Shown: one piece after another, positions 24,755 to 31,819 of the stretch
Layout of the letters: the number at the start of each line of letters is the position of its first letter
Numbering within the stretch: the first letter of the stretch is position 1
IMG/VR virus record: IMGVR_UViG_3300024310_000022
Span: 1 to 31,819 of that record
DNA length: 31,819 nucleotides
Source: a virus
Taxonomy: Duplodnaviria; Caudoviricetes
Reading direction: 5' to 3' (one strand)
Notes under the pieces: model-generated
Databases searched by the model: none
Told to the model about the DNA's origin: nothing
Seen by the model: the letters and a program-made list of their open reading frames with translations, nothing else
Translations under genes and position numbers: made by a program

Positions 24755-25066
24755 ATGAAAAAGTCTTCCCCTACAAAATCGACGGCCGTCAAAGGATCCA
24801 AAAAGCGGCCGCGCGCAGCGATCGCCAGATGTAGGGTATCGCCGCCGGTGATCTACGTGCACGAGCGCGATGCACAGCACCCGTGGCGGGATCCCTTCAT
24901 CAAAGCCCACCTGCGAAACAAGCTGGGATATGTGTATCTGTGCTGGCGATCGGGAAAACGAGTTCGCACGTTCTATCTCGGCAAAGCGCCCCGTAGTTCC
25001 CCTACGGCTGCAGATCCCAGCTCCGCCGGCGCCGGCGAGCGCCGTAGGGGAAAACGCGAACTCTAA
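24755..25066 (+). CDS. Basic putative DNA-binding protein (DUF6788-like), 103 aa
   Basis: GYVYLCWRSGKRVRTFYLGK motif; GGGGTG RBS. Confidence 0.65.
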   Translation: MKKSSPTKSTAVKGSKKRPRAAIARCRVSPPVIYVHERDAQHPWRDPFIKAHLRNKLGYVYLCWRSGKRVRTFYLGKAPRSSPTAADPSSAGAGERRRGKREL

Positions 25067-25107
25067 AAACACAAAGGCCGCCCGATTTCTCGGACGGCCT
25101 TCGTGTG
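25066..25107. terminator. Hairpin between the convergent early and late arms (likely terminator)
   Basis: CACAAAGGCCGCCCGA-TTTC-TCGGACGGCCTTCGTG, with an A-tract on the left (a U-tract for the minus strand). Confidence 0.65.
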
Positions 25108-25210
25108 CTCTGACGGAGTGCGAGGCCGCCCAGGGTAAAACGGCCGCGCGGGAGGAAACTACGGGGAGACGCGAGCCGCGGTCGGGCAGCTCGCGCCGGG
25201 GTGGAAGATC

Positions 25211-25564
25211 CTACTGCTCAGGCGTCAAGCTGGCCGTGAGCGTGTCCGGTGCGGTGGCGACCGGGGCAATCACGTCGAAGTCGACCGAGCCCACCAGGTT
25301 GTTGCTGGTGTCCGTCACTTTCACGTTGATCGTGCCCGTCTTGCCGTTGCCGCTGACGCGGAAGATCGTCGGCGTTTTCTGATCCGGCGTTCCCGGCACC
25401 ACCACGATCGCGCCGTTTTGTCCGTTCGCGTCCGCGGTGGGATCCGTCACGTCGACCTGAAACGGCCCGGCCGATGGAAACACCTGGCCGGTGGCCGCGA
25501 ACGTTTCCAAGATCGCGAGCACCAAGCCTTTTGTTGCGTTCGAAAAAATCTGCACATTGCTCAT
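25211..25564 (-). CDS. Ig-like beta-sandwich protein, 117 aa
   Basis: AGGGAG RBS before ATG 25564; GKTGTINVKVTD..VDFDVIA. Confidence 0.7.
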   Translation of the reverse strand: MSNVQIFSNATKGLVLAILETFAATGQVFPSAGPFQVDVTDPTADANGQNGAIVVVPGTPDQKTPTIFRVSGNGKTGTINVKVTDTSNNLVGSVDFDVIAPVATAPDTLTASLTPEQ

Positions 25565-25700
25565 ACGAAACTCCCTAAAAGTGGATTTGCCCACGAAGCT
25601 CGAAAGCGCCAGCGCGATCAGTTCCAGGCGATTCTTGTCCGCCCGGTTTGCCCGCCGCGGATAGAGAAACAGCACCAGGCGATCCGGTGCGTGGCGATGA

Positions 25701-25946
25701 TCACGCTTTCGGCGCATCGGGAATCGGCGTGAACGTGGGGAGCGTGGACACGAAGGCCTGCACGGCCGCGGGATCCGCCCAATCGATCGCGACGCCCTTG
25801 ATCTTCGCGTTTTCCTGCAGCACCGCCAGCGTCGCCTGGTCCGCCAGCGCGATCGCCTCGCCGACGGTCTGCGCGGTCTTGTTGTGGAGCTGCTGCAGGT
25901 AATTCGCCGCGATGCCGATCAATCCCAAAACAAATTGCAGTCCCAT
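25701..25946 (-). CDS. Small amphipathic/membrane protein, 81 aa
   Basis: AGGAGG RBS; hydrophobic N-terminus MGLQFVLGLIGIAANYL. Confidence 0.75.
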   Translation of the reverse strand: MGLQFVLGLIGIAANYLQQLHNKTAQTVGEAIALADQATLAVLQENAKIKGVAIDWADPAAVQAFVSTLPTFTPIPDAPKA

Positions 25947-25968
25947 CGTGTCCTCCTAGAAAAAATCT

Positions 25969-26313
25969 CTACCACTCACTCGCGCCGATCGAAAGCGGGC
26001 GGCTTGGATGCCCGTCCACGTGAGGCAGCAGATCGCGTACGCTCTGCTCGCTGATCGGCGTGACGCTGTACAGCGCCGACTTCCCGAAGTACCGCGTAAA
26101 TCCCGGCCGCTCGACTTCGTTGTTTTTTAGCAGGTCGGGAACATCGACGCGCACCATGCCTGGGAAATCAATGGGATCAACTGTGACGAGGCCGACAATC
26201 CGTTGGTGGCCGAATAGCTCGACGAGCGCCCAGTTACGAAGCAGCGGGACGTTCTCTTCCGGAAGTGCGTCAGGTACCACACTGAGCAGGGCTTGTGTTT
26301 TCTTTTGTGCCAT
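25969..26313 (-). CDS. Phage hypothetical protein, 114 aa
   Basis: WALVELFGHQRIVG...RVDVP...FTRYFG.SALYSVTP pattern. Confidence 0.7.
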   Translation of the reverse strand: MAQKKTQALLSVVPDALPEENVPLLRNWALVELFGHQRIVGLVTVDPIDFPGMVRVDVPDLLKNNEVERPGFTRYFGKSALYSVTPISEQSVRDLLPHVDGHPSRPLSIGASEW

Positions 26314-26333
26314 GGTTGTCTTTGCATCGCTCA

Positions 26334-26804
26334 CTACGGTTTGGTGATCACCTTCACGGAGCTGGTCTGCGTCACCAGCGCGTTGACGGTGTTGCTCAGC
26401 GTGGCCTGGGCTGCGCTGGCGTTCGCTTGCGCCACCTGCGCGTTTTTCGTTGCCTGGTCGCATGCGGCGGAATTCGCCGCCGCCGGAGTGCAAGCGTTGA
26501 TCTGGATCTGCGTTGTGGAGCGGGCCACGGCTTCCACGCTCAGCACGTCCTGGAAGACTTCCTTCGCCTTGTTATAGGCGTTGCCGAGATCGTTGATCAG
26601 TGTGCGATTCGTCGGCGTCTGCGGGATCGTGCCGGCCTGGTATTGCTGCTCGGCCAGGATGGCCACCGTGCCGGCGTCCGCGATCGCGGTGGTGATGGTC
26701 TGGTGGACCGAAGCCGCGGTGATCGGCTTTTTCTGGCAGCCGGTGACACCACAGAAAAACAAAAGCAGGGTGACCGCGGACCTGAGAAATTTGCGTGGCT
26801 TCAT
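26334..26804 (-). CDS. Helical lipoprotein (spanin-like?), 156 aa
   Basis: MKPRKFLRSAVTLLLFFCGVTG-C lipobox; Ala/Gln-rich helices; lies in the lysis cluster. Confidence 0.75.
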   Translation of the reverse strand: MKPRKFLRSAVTLLLFFCGVTGCQKKPITAASVHQTITTAIADAGTVAILAEQQYQAGTIPQTPTNRTLINDLGNAYNKAKEVFQDVLSVEAVARSTTQIQINACTPAAANSAACDQATKNAQVAQANASAAQATLSNTVNALVTQTSSVKVITKP

Positions 26805-26938
26805 GGGGTGACTCTCCTTTTCAACTGTTCCAACCTGGCCCGCATCGCGGGCAAAAACTGTTTCGGCGTTTTCGGATTCGCCAGCGCTTTTTCCACTCCC
26901 CGGATCAGCTCTTCGACCGTGAGTTGGTGGCGCGCCAT
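26801..26938 (-). CDS. Small basic helical protein, 45 aa (not in the ORF track)
   Basis: MARHQLTVEELIRGVEKALANPKTPKQFLPAMRARLEQLKRRVTP; exactly fills the gap, ATGA coupling. Confidence 0.65.
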   Translation of the reverse strand: MARHQLTVEELIRGVEKALANPKTPKQFLPAMRARLEQLKRRVTP

Positions 26939-26939
26939 T

Positions 26940-27251
26940 TCAGACCGCCAAGGCCGATCGCGGCGCGCTCGTCTTTGCAGCGGCCTCGTGCACTTTCGCT
27001 TCCGCGTCCTGGCCGCGGGCGGCGAGGATGCGCGCGGAAACCGCGTCGAAACTTTCTTCGCACCAATGCATCATCCCGGTTTTGAAGTTCAGCACCACAA
27101 GCGTGCGGCCCCGCAGGCTGCGGTGCATCCCCTGCGGCAGCGGATCCGGCACCACCCACGGACCCCACGAAGAGATTTCGTTGGCGTCCGCATAGGTGGG
27201 GATGTGCTCTTCGCCGCTGCTGGTGTTGACTAGCAAAAGTTTCACGAACAT
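26940..27251 (-). CDS. Hypothetical protein, 103 aa
   Basis: AAGGA RBS, TGATG coupling; MFVKLLLVNT. Confidence 0.7.
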   Translation of the reverse strand: MFVKLLLVNTSSGEEHIPTYADANEISSWGPWVVPDPLPQGMHRSLRGRTLVVLNFKTGMMHWCEESFDAVSARILAARGQDAEAKVHEAAAKTSAPRSALAV

Positions 27252-27634
27252 CAGTGATTTTCCTTTTCGGGAATGAGCGTGGGCGTCAACTTGTCCGGAC
27301 CTGGTGGCGGATGACCATTGCCGTTGCCGGTGTTCCGCGCGCCGATCGCGCCGAGGAATGCGCCGTTCACAGCCGAAAGAATTCCAACGATGGTGGTCTG
27401 CAGTTGCGCATCGAACTGTTTCCAGAAATGGATCAGCAGCAGCAGGACCAGGCCATCGGAAATCCACAGCAGCAGGAGCTGCCCGCCCTTGCTCTCGAAA
27501 CTATCGAGAAACGCCTGCCACGCCGTGATGCGGGGAAATTTATTGAAGGCGATGACATAGAACGCGAAGAGCGCGCCCACAATCACCAGCGTGTTCTGCG
27601 TGAACCATTCCCAGATCGTCTGCATGAGTTGCAT
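27251..27634 (-). CDS. Holin-like multi-pass membrane protein, about 127 aa
   Basis: Three hydrophobic segments and a hydrophilic C-tail, downstream of the endolysin. Confidence 0.65.
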   Translation of the reverse strand: MQLMQTIWEWFTQNTLVIVGALFAFYVIAFNKFPRITAWQAFLDSFESKGGQLLLLWISDGLVLLLLIHFWKQFDAQLQTTIVGILSAVNGAFLGAIGARNTGNGNGHPPPGPDKLTPTLIPEKENH

Positions 27635-27690
27635 CGTAAGCACGCGGGCAAACGGAAAGCTATACGAACATTTCCCCCGGTGAGGAAGAC

Positions 27691-27876
27691 TTAGATTTTT
27701 CCAGAGGCGAAGCGGCGGATGATGGCGCGGCCGGCGGCGCGGATCGCCAGGCCCAGGAAGAGCGCCGCGGTGGTCAGCACCACCGTTGCGATCAGCAGCG
27801 CCACCGCGACGGTGGCGACAAAGCGGCCGGCTTCGTCGATCGCGTCGCAGATCTGCATCACCGAGGGAGTGATCAT
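27691..27876 (-). CDS. Small single-TM protein, 61 aa
   Basis: ATGA coupling with the endolysin; long hydrophobic stretch then a basic tail. Confidence 0.6.
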   Translation of the reverse strand: MITPSVMQICDAIDEAGRFVATVAVALLIATVVLTTAALFLGLAIRAAGRAIIRRFASGKI

Positions 27877-28454
27877 CCGGGCAGCGCCCCGTCAATGTTT
27901 TGGTAAATTTCCATGCGGCGGAGGCCGTTGGGGATGTACTTGGGATCGGCGGTGGGGGAGTGCGGGCGCCCAGTGTTCCAGCAGTCGAACATCTCGGAAA
28001 AATCCGCCGCCAGGTCAAACTGATAGCGCCGGGCGAAATCGGCCAGCATGCGCGTGGCGACGTCCATCTCCGAAGCGGGAGTCTGCAGCGCAACGATCCC
28101 GTTGGTGTGCAGCGCGATGGCTTCGTAGCCCATGACCTGCACCAAGCCCCAGGACGTGGAGAGCTGATCGAGCGCCACGATCATCTGCATGTTCAGCGTG
28201 CTTGAAACCTGCTGGCCAAAGGCGATGATGTTTTCCCGCGCGATCGAGCCGTAAAACGCTTTGCGGTTCAGCAGCACCGCGAAGAGCTGCGCCAGCACGC
28301 CAGGCTCGAAGCGCTTCGCGTCCGGATTGCCGCCAGATTCGTTGGCGACGAGCGCCGCGAGAAACGCCGGCGGCACGCTGGATGCCCTGCACGCGGCGTC
28401 GATCACCGCGCCCCACTTCGTCTTGATCGACTGCATCAGCTCCTGATCGGTCAC
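27873..28454 (-). CDS. Endolysin, lysozyme/transglycosylase fold, about 193 aa
   Basis: LAALVANESGGNPDAKRFEP (catalytic ES), STSWGLVQVMG, CWNTG. Confidence 0.85.
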   Translation of the reverse strand: MTDQELMQSIKTKWGAVIDAACRASSVPPAFLAALVANESGGNPDAKRFEPGVLAQLFAVLLNRKAFYGSIARENIIAFGQQVSSTLNMQMIVALDQLSTSWGLVQVMGYEAIALHTNGIVALQTPASEMDVATRMLADFARRYQFDLAADFSEMFDCWNTGRPHSPTADPKYIPNGLRRMEIYQNIDGALPG

Positions 28455-28678
28455 TCGTCCCACCCTTCGCCGAACGCTTCCAGGTAAAACCGGCGCGCCG
28501 CACGCATCACGTCATCGATCGAGGTGCATTCGGAGGCGGGGCTGTAGTTGGCTTGTTCGATCGCCCACTGCCGGCGATCTTCGCGCAGTCGCTTTTTCTG
28601 TTCTTCCTCGGCCACCAGGCGAAGCAGCCGCGCCATCTCGTCGCGCTCCGCTTTTTTGTTTGGGAAGAGACTGAACAC
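28451..28678 (-). CDS. Hypothetical helical protein, about 61-75 aa (start uncertain)
   Basis: Coding-like frame between the SLT and endolysin genes; GTGA coupling at the 3' end. Confidence 0.55.
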   Translation of the reverse strand: MFSLFPNKKAERDEMARLLRLVAEEEQKKRLREDRRQWAIEQANYSPASECTSIDDVMRAARRFYLEAFGEGWDE

Positions 28679-28728
28679 GGTGAGAGTGTCGATTCCGCGG
28701 CGATGCGCGTCAACACGAAGATTTCCCC

Positions 28729-29400
28729 CTAGTCGTTGAGGAGATCGCGCAAGAGGACAACAGCGAGCGCCGCGCCCGCTGCCACCAGGACCGGTGTAGG
28801 CACCGAAGAAAGATCCAGAGAGGGAAGGGAAGCGGCGGTTGCCGGCGGCGTGGGAGTCGAATCGTCGATCGGCTGGCCGGTGGCGGCGTCGATCGTGAGG
28901 GGCGACGCGCCCTGCGAGTTCGGAGGCGTCGAGTCCGGCGAACTGACCGACGGTGGCGTGACCCCGGCGATCTTCGCCACGTAGTTTTGCGTTTCGGCCG
29001 GCGCGTGCGCCAGCCACTGATCGCCCCAGGCGGCAATCGCCTTGCCGAGATTTCCCGGACCCCAATCGTAAGCCGCCAGCGCCTTGGCGATGTCTCCGAA
29101 CCGATTCAGCAGATCCGCCAGATAGTGCACGCCGGCATCGATGTTCGCGGCGACGTTGCGGCAATCGGAAACACCGTATTGCGCGGCCGTCGACGGCAGG
29201 AGCTGCAGCACGCCGCAAGCGCCGCTGCTGGGATTGATGACGTTGCGAAAACCGGATTCCTGCTGCGCCTGCGCGAGGATCAGCGAAGGATCGAAGCCAT
29301 AGCGCGCCGCAGCCTGCACCAGGAGCTGCTGGATGCTGGCGGCGCTCACCGTGTCGCCAAGCCCACGAAGCGCGAAATATGGATTGCGTCGCCTAGCCAT
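28729..29400 (-). CDS. Virion-associated lytic transglycosylase (SLT) with C-terminal membrane anchor, 223 aa
   Basis: AQAQQESGF..SSGACGVLQLLPSTA..NIDAGVHYL..ALAAYDWGPG..ETQNYV; P/S/T linker; C-terminal TM; N-terminus MARRRNPYFALRGLGD. Confidence 0.9.
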   Translation of the reverse strand: MARRRNPYFALRGLGDTVSAASIQQLLVQAAARYGFDPSLILAQAQQESGFRNVINPSSGACGVLQLLPSTAAQYGVSDCRNVAANIDAGVHYLADLLNRFGDIAKALAAYDWGPGNLGKAIAAWGDQWLAHAPAETQNYVAKIAGVTPPSVSSPDSTPPNSQGASPLTIDAATGQPIDDSTPTPPATAASLPSLDLSSVPTPVLVAAGAALAVVLLRDLLND

Positions 29401-29899
29401 GATGGGACTCGCCCCGCATCGGATCGGCTTGCGCGTCCGGCCGGTCCTGTTTCCTGCGGTCAAAAAACTTCATGTTGGGGCGGAGAAGGTAACACGCGAC
29501 GGCCAGCGCGGCGGCGGGTTTCAGATCGTGCGCCACTTCAAATGCCTCCAGCTCCGGCGTGAAGCGATTTTCGATTTCGATCAGCAGATCGATGTCGGAA
29601 AGTTTGCTGCCCGCGGCTTCGTAAAATTCCTTGAGTTTTGCCACCAGGTCGGGATGCTGGTTGAAGGCCTCCAGATTCGCGGTGATCGGGCTGTTGTGGC
29701 TGAGGATCCCGGACTCCAGGCCTTCGGAAGTGCCGGTGCGGAAAACCAGTCTCCACATCGCGTCCACCTGCGCGCCGATCCTGCCGCGCCATTCGGCGTT
29801 GGCCAGCGCTTCCTTGTGGGTGTGGTCCTTCGCAACCGACCAGCTAAGTAGAATACTGACCGCAACTCCCACCAAAGCGATCCATGCTTCCGCCGTCAT
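29393..29899 (-). CDS. N-terminally anchored membrane protein, 168 aa (possible lysis accessory)
   Basis: MTAEAWIALVGVAVSILLSWSV TM; GGGGG RBS. Confidence 0.7.
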   Translation of the reverse strand: MTAEAWIALVGVAVSILLSWSVAKDHTHKEALANAEWRGRIGAQVDAMWRLVFRTGTSEGLESGILSHNSPITANLEAFNQHPDLVAKLKEFYEAAGSKLSDIDLLIEIENRFTPELEAFEVAHDLKPAAALAVACYLLRPNMKFFDRRKQDRPDAQADPMRGESHHG

Positions 29900-29914
29900 T
29901 GGCCCCCCAGGGAT

Positions 29915-30229
29915 TTATTTCTCCTCGTCGTCGTCTTCTTCGTCTTCCGGTCCGCCGCCGACGTCGTCGTCCTCATCATCCTCGTCTTCGATGCCGAGCA
30001 GCTCGTCGATCCATTCCTGGATCGAGTCCTCGTCAAACTCCGGCAGCTCGTCGATCTCCACGGCCACGTCGATCGTTTCGCCGGCGCGGTGCGCAGGGCC
30101 GAACTGCGGGCAAACGCCGGCGTGGCCCTTGAGATCTTTTTCCGCTTCGCTGTCGTTGGGCGCCGTGAAGCCGTGGAACATCACGCGGCCGTTGGAATTT
30201 TTCTTAAAGCTGAGCAGCATCGTGGGCAT
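29915..30229 (-). CDS. Small protein with highly acidic C-terminal half, 104 aa
   Basis: GGAGA RBS; EDEDDEDDDVGGGPEDEEDDDEEK. Confidence 0.75.
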   Translation of the reverse strand: MPTMLLSFKKNSNGRVMFHGFTAPNDSEAEKDLKGHAGVCPQFGPAHRAGETIDVAVEIDELPEFDEDSIQEWIDELLGIEDEDDEDDDVGGGPEDEEDDDEEK

Positions 30230-30482
30230 GGTTTGGTTTCTCCGGTACTGTGCTCACGCTAGGTGGCGCTGCGCTCCCTGTCAACGCGAAGATTTTCTCC
30301 TGCACCAGGCAAACGATCAGCCGGCGCGCGTCCGCTATGCCGTACAGCCCGCGCTGCCGCAGTAGATGGCCGATGTGCCACTTCACCATCCGCACGCTGA
30401 CGTGGATCCGATCGGAGATCTCTTTATTGCTCAGCCCCTCGGCCAGGCAGGCCTTCACGCGCTGTTCGGTTTCGTCCCGCAT
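30204..30482 (-). CDS. LuxR/GerE-type HTH regulator, 92 aa
   Basis: EQRVKACLAEGLSNKEISDRIHVSVRMVKWHIGHLLRQRG. Confidence 0.85.
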   Translation of the reverse strand: MRDETEQRVKACLAEGLSNKEISDRIHVSVRMVKWHIGHLLRQRGLYGIADARRLIVCLVQEKIFALTGSAAPPSVSTVPEKPNHAHDAAQL

Positions 30483-30503
30483 CTGCTACCGCCCCTTTTC
30501 GTC

Positions 30504-30911
30504 TTACTGAACGACGACGCTAAAGTTGGCAGGTGAGGTGGGCGCCACCCCGGCAGTAGCAGTAGATGCGTTTGGGCTTGACTCCGTGCCGTCCGCCATC
30601 ACGGCCGTGGCCGCGAAAGTGTGCACGCCGGATTTCAGCGTAAGCGCGCCACTGGTGCCGGTGATGCCCGTCAGCGCGGTATTCGCTCCGGATGGCGCGG
30701 TGATCGAGAAAAGTTTCACGGGCGTGCCGCCCCCGGTGATGTCGTAGATGTTGAACTGTTTTAGACACCCGGTGGTGACGGTGGAGCTGCAGCCGTTGTC
30801 CACGCTGAAATCATAATTCAGCGTGGCCTTCACCGTGTGCGTGGCCTGTGCCGGCGCCGCCCCCGCGAGCGTCAACGCCACCAGAATCAGAACTAACAGC
30901 TTGCTTTTCAT
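30504..30911 (-). CDS. Secreted FN3/Ig-like protein, 135 aa
   Basis: Signal peptide MKSKLLVLILVALTLAGAAPAQA; FNIYD, GVHTFAATAV..GTESSP, PTSPANFSV; Cys pair; AGGAGG RBS. Confidence 0.8.
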   Translation of the reverse strand: MKSKLLVLILVALTLAGAAPAQATHTVKATLNYDFSVDNGCSSTVTTGCLKQFNIYDITGGGTPVKLFSITAPSGANTALTGITGTSGALTLKSGVHTFAATAVMADGTESSPNASTATAGVAPTSPANFSVVVQ

Positions 30912-30927
30912 GTGTTGCCTCCTGAGT

Positions 30928-30936
30928 TGCTATAAT
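30928..30936 (+). promoter_or_regulatory. Perfect extended -10 promoter (TGnTATAAT) for the FkbM gene
   Basis: TGCTATAAT at 30928-30936, ATG at 30945 (near-leaderless). Confidence 0.7.
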
Positions 30937-30944
30937 TCCTTACC

Positions 30945-31652
30945 ATGCGGCTGCCGTACACAAACGTCGAGATCCCTCTCGGGTGGCTGGTTTCTCCATT
31001 GGCCAACCGTGTGCCGCGCACCGCCACGATGCGGATCCTGCAAGGTCCGGCCAGAAATCTGCGTTGGATTGCCGGCGCAGGACAACCGAATTTTTGGCTG
31101 GGCACCTACGAGCGGGAAAAAGTTGAAGAGTTTTCTAAGTGGCTCAAACCGTCCTCCGTTGTCTACGACGTGGGAGCCAACGCGGGATACTATTCGCTCG
31201 TCGCGGCGAGGCGATCTGCCGAGGTCTACGCGTTCGAACCGTATCCAGAGAACGCTTTTTTTCTGAGAGAGCACTTTCGCACGAATAAACTGACGAACTG
31301 CAATGCCGAGGAGTGTGCCGTCGGCAGCGTGGATGGCATGGTAGCGTTCGCGCCTGGCCGAACCAACTGCGAGGGCAAGATCGATCCCGATGGCCTCTTC
31401 CGGTTTCGCTGCGTGAAGCTGGACACGTTTTGCGACGGGCACGCCGCGCCGGACGTTCTGAAGATAGATGTTGAAGGCGCGGAGCTGGACGTGCTGAAGG
31501 GCGGCACGCGAATGTTTTCCGCGAAGCATCCGGCCATCTTCCTGGCCACGCATAGCGAAGTGCTGGACCGCGAGTGCCGTGCGTTCCTGGCTGCGTTTGG
31601 CTACCGGATTCGAGATCTCGATCATCGTGAATTGCTCGCCGCAGTCCCCTGA
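30945..31652 (+). CDS. FkbM-family SAM-dependent methyltransferase, 235 aa
   Basis: VVYDVGANAGYYSL, VYAFEP, PDVLKIDVEGAELDVLKG. Confidence 0.92.
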   Translation: MRLPYTNVEIPLGWLVSPLANRVPRTATMRILQGPARNLRWIAGAGQPNFWLGTYEREKVEEFSKWLKPSSVVYDVGANAGYYSLVAARRSAEVYAFEPYPENAFFLREHFRTNKLTNCNAEECAVGSVDGMVAFAPGRTNCEGKIDPDGLFRFRCVKLDTFCDGHAAPDVLKIDVEGAELDVLKGGTRMFSAKHPAIFLATHSEVLDRECRAFLAAFGYRIRDLDHRELLAAVP

Positions 31653-31656
31653 GAAA

Positions 31657-31819
31657 TCATGGTCCGCACCGCCTCGTGACGAAATACGTGGTGCCACCTG
31701 CCGTTGGTGTTCCTTGAAAAGTAAAGATCGGAGCCGTGGCGGAAAGCGTCGTCTGCTGGAAGTATTCACCCGCCACCGCCGTGTGTGTGCCGCCGTGGAT
31801 ATTGATTTCGCACACGATG
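31657..31819 (-). CDS. C-terminal end of the spike protein (joined across the circular junction)
   Basis: Reading through the repeat gives ...EYFQQTTLSATAPIFTFQGTPTAGGTTYFVTRRCGP-TGA (stop at 31657-31659). Confidence 0.8.
   Translation of the reverse strand, partial: IVCEINIHGGTHTAVAGEYFQQTTLSATAPIFTFQGTPTAGGTTYFVTRRCGP
31694..31819. repeat. 126-bp terminal direct repeat, copy 2
   Basis: Identical to 6-131. Implies a circular unit length of 31,688 bp. Confidence 0.95.

Larger units (their letters stand above)
1..31819. mobile_element. Complete or near-complete circular tailless (putatively membrane-containing) bacteriophage genome
   Basis: Terminal overlap; divergent early (+) and late (-) arms; phage-type genes (Gp37/Gp68, ASCH, lysozyme-fold enzymes, helicase); no host housekeeping genes; no Caudoviricetes head or tail genes recognised. 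Confidence 0.8.

Noticed and set aside
14873-25072. Long minus-strand ORFs over the early arm (e.g. 14873-15760, 16651-17433, 23480-24712)
   Set aside because: Shadows of well-supported + strand genes.
25565-25717. N-terminal extension or frameshift fusion onto the Ig-like gene
   Set aside because: Frame is open, but a strong SD precedes ATG 25564 and no slippery site was evident.
27625-27634. Lambda S-type dual-start holin/antiholin (MQLM)
   Set aside because: No positively charged residue between the two Met codons and no clear SD for either; insufficient support.

Overview
The window looks like an essentially complete circular dsDNA bacterial virus genome of about 31,688 bp: nt 6-131 recur exactly at 31694-31819. 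I found no recognisable terminase, portal, HK97 capsid, tail, integrase, DNA polymerase or FtsK/HerA packaging ATPase. The + strand early arm (about 14.8-25.1 kb) carries a DnaB-N/AAA_25/HTH replicative helicase, an iteron-rich putative origin, HTH and AT-hook regulators, Gp37/Gp68 (DUF5131), ASCH and many small Zn-finger genes. The - strand late arm (14594->1->31657, then 30911->25211) carries a transglutaminase-like Cys-His-Asp enzyme, a run of tail-anchored membrane proteins, an Arg-rich core protein, a candidate single-jelly-roll major capsid protein with three beta-rich minor proteins, signal-peptide-bearing Cys-rich spike proteins (one about 1096 aa, missed by the ORF track because it crosses the origin) and a transglycosylase/endolysin/holin/lipoprotein lysis cluster. 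An FkbM methyltransferase moron interrupts this arm. The most striking pattern is a set of shared short peptide tags on the virion proteins (N-terminal MY[L/Q], VNNRKWNLGRMG, [ML]xG[ML]G-[D/A], basic-NP). These suggest protease/transglutaminase-driven maturation in a tailless, membrane-containing virus whose spikes are exported through the inner membrane. Family and fold assignments are from motif recognition by eye; no database searches were run.
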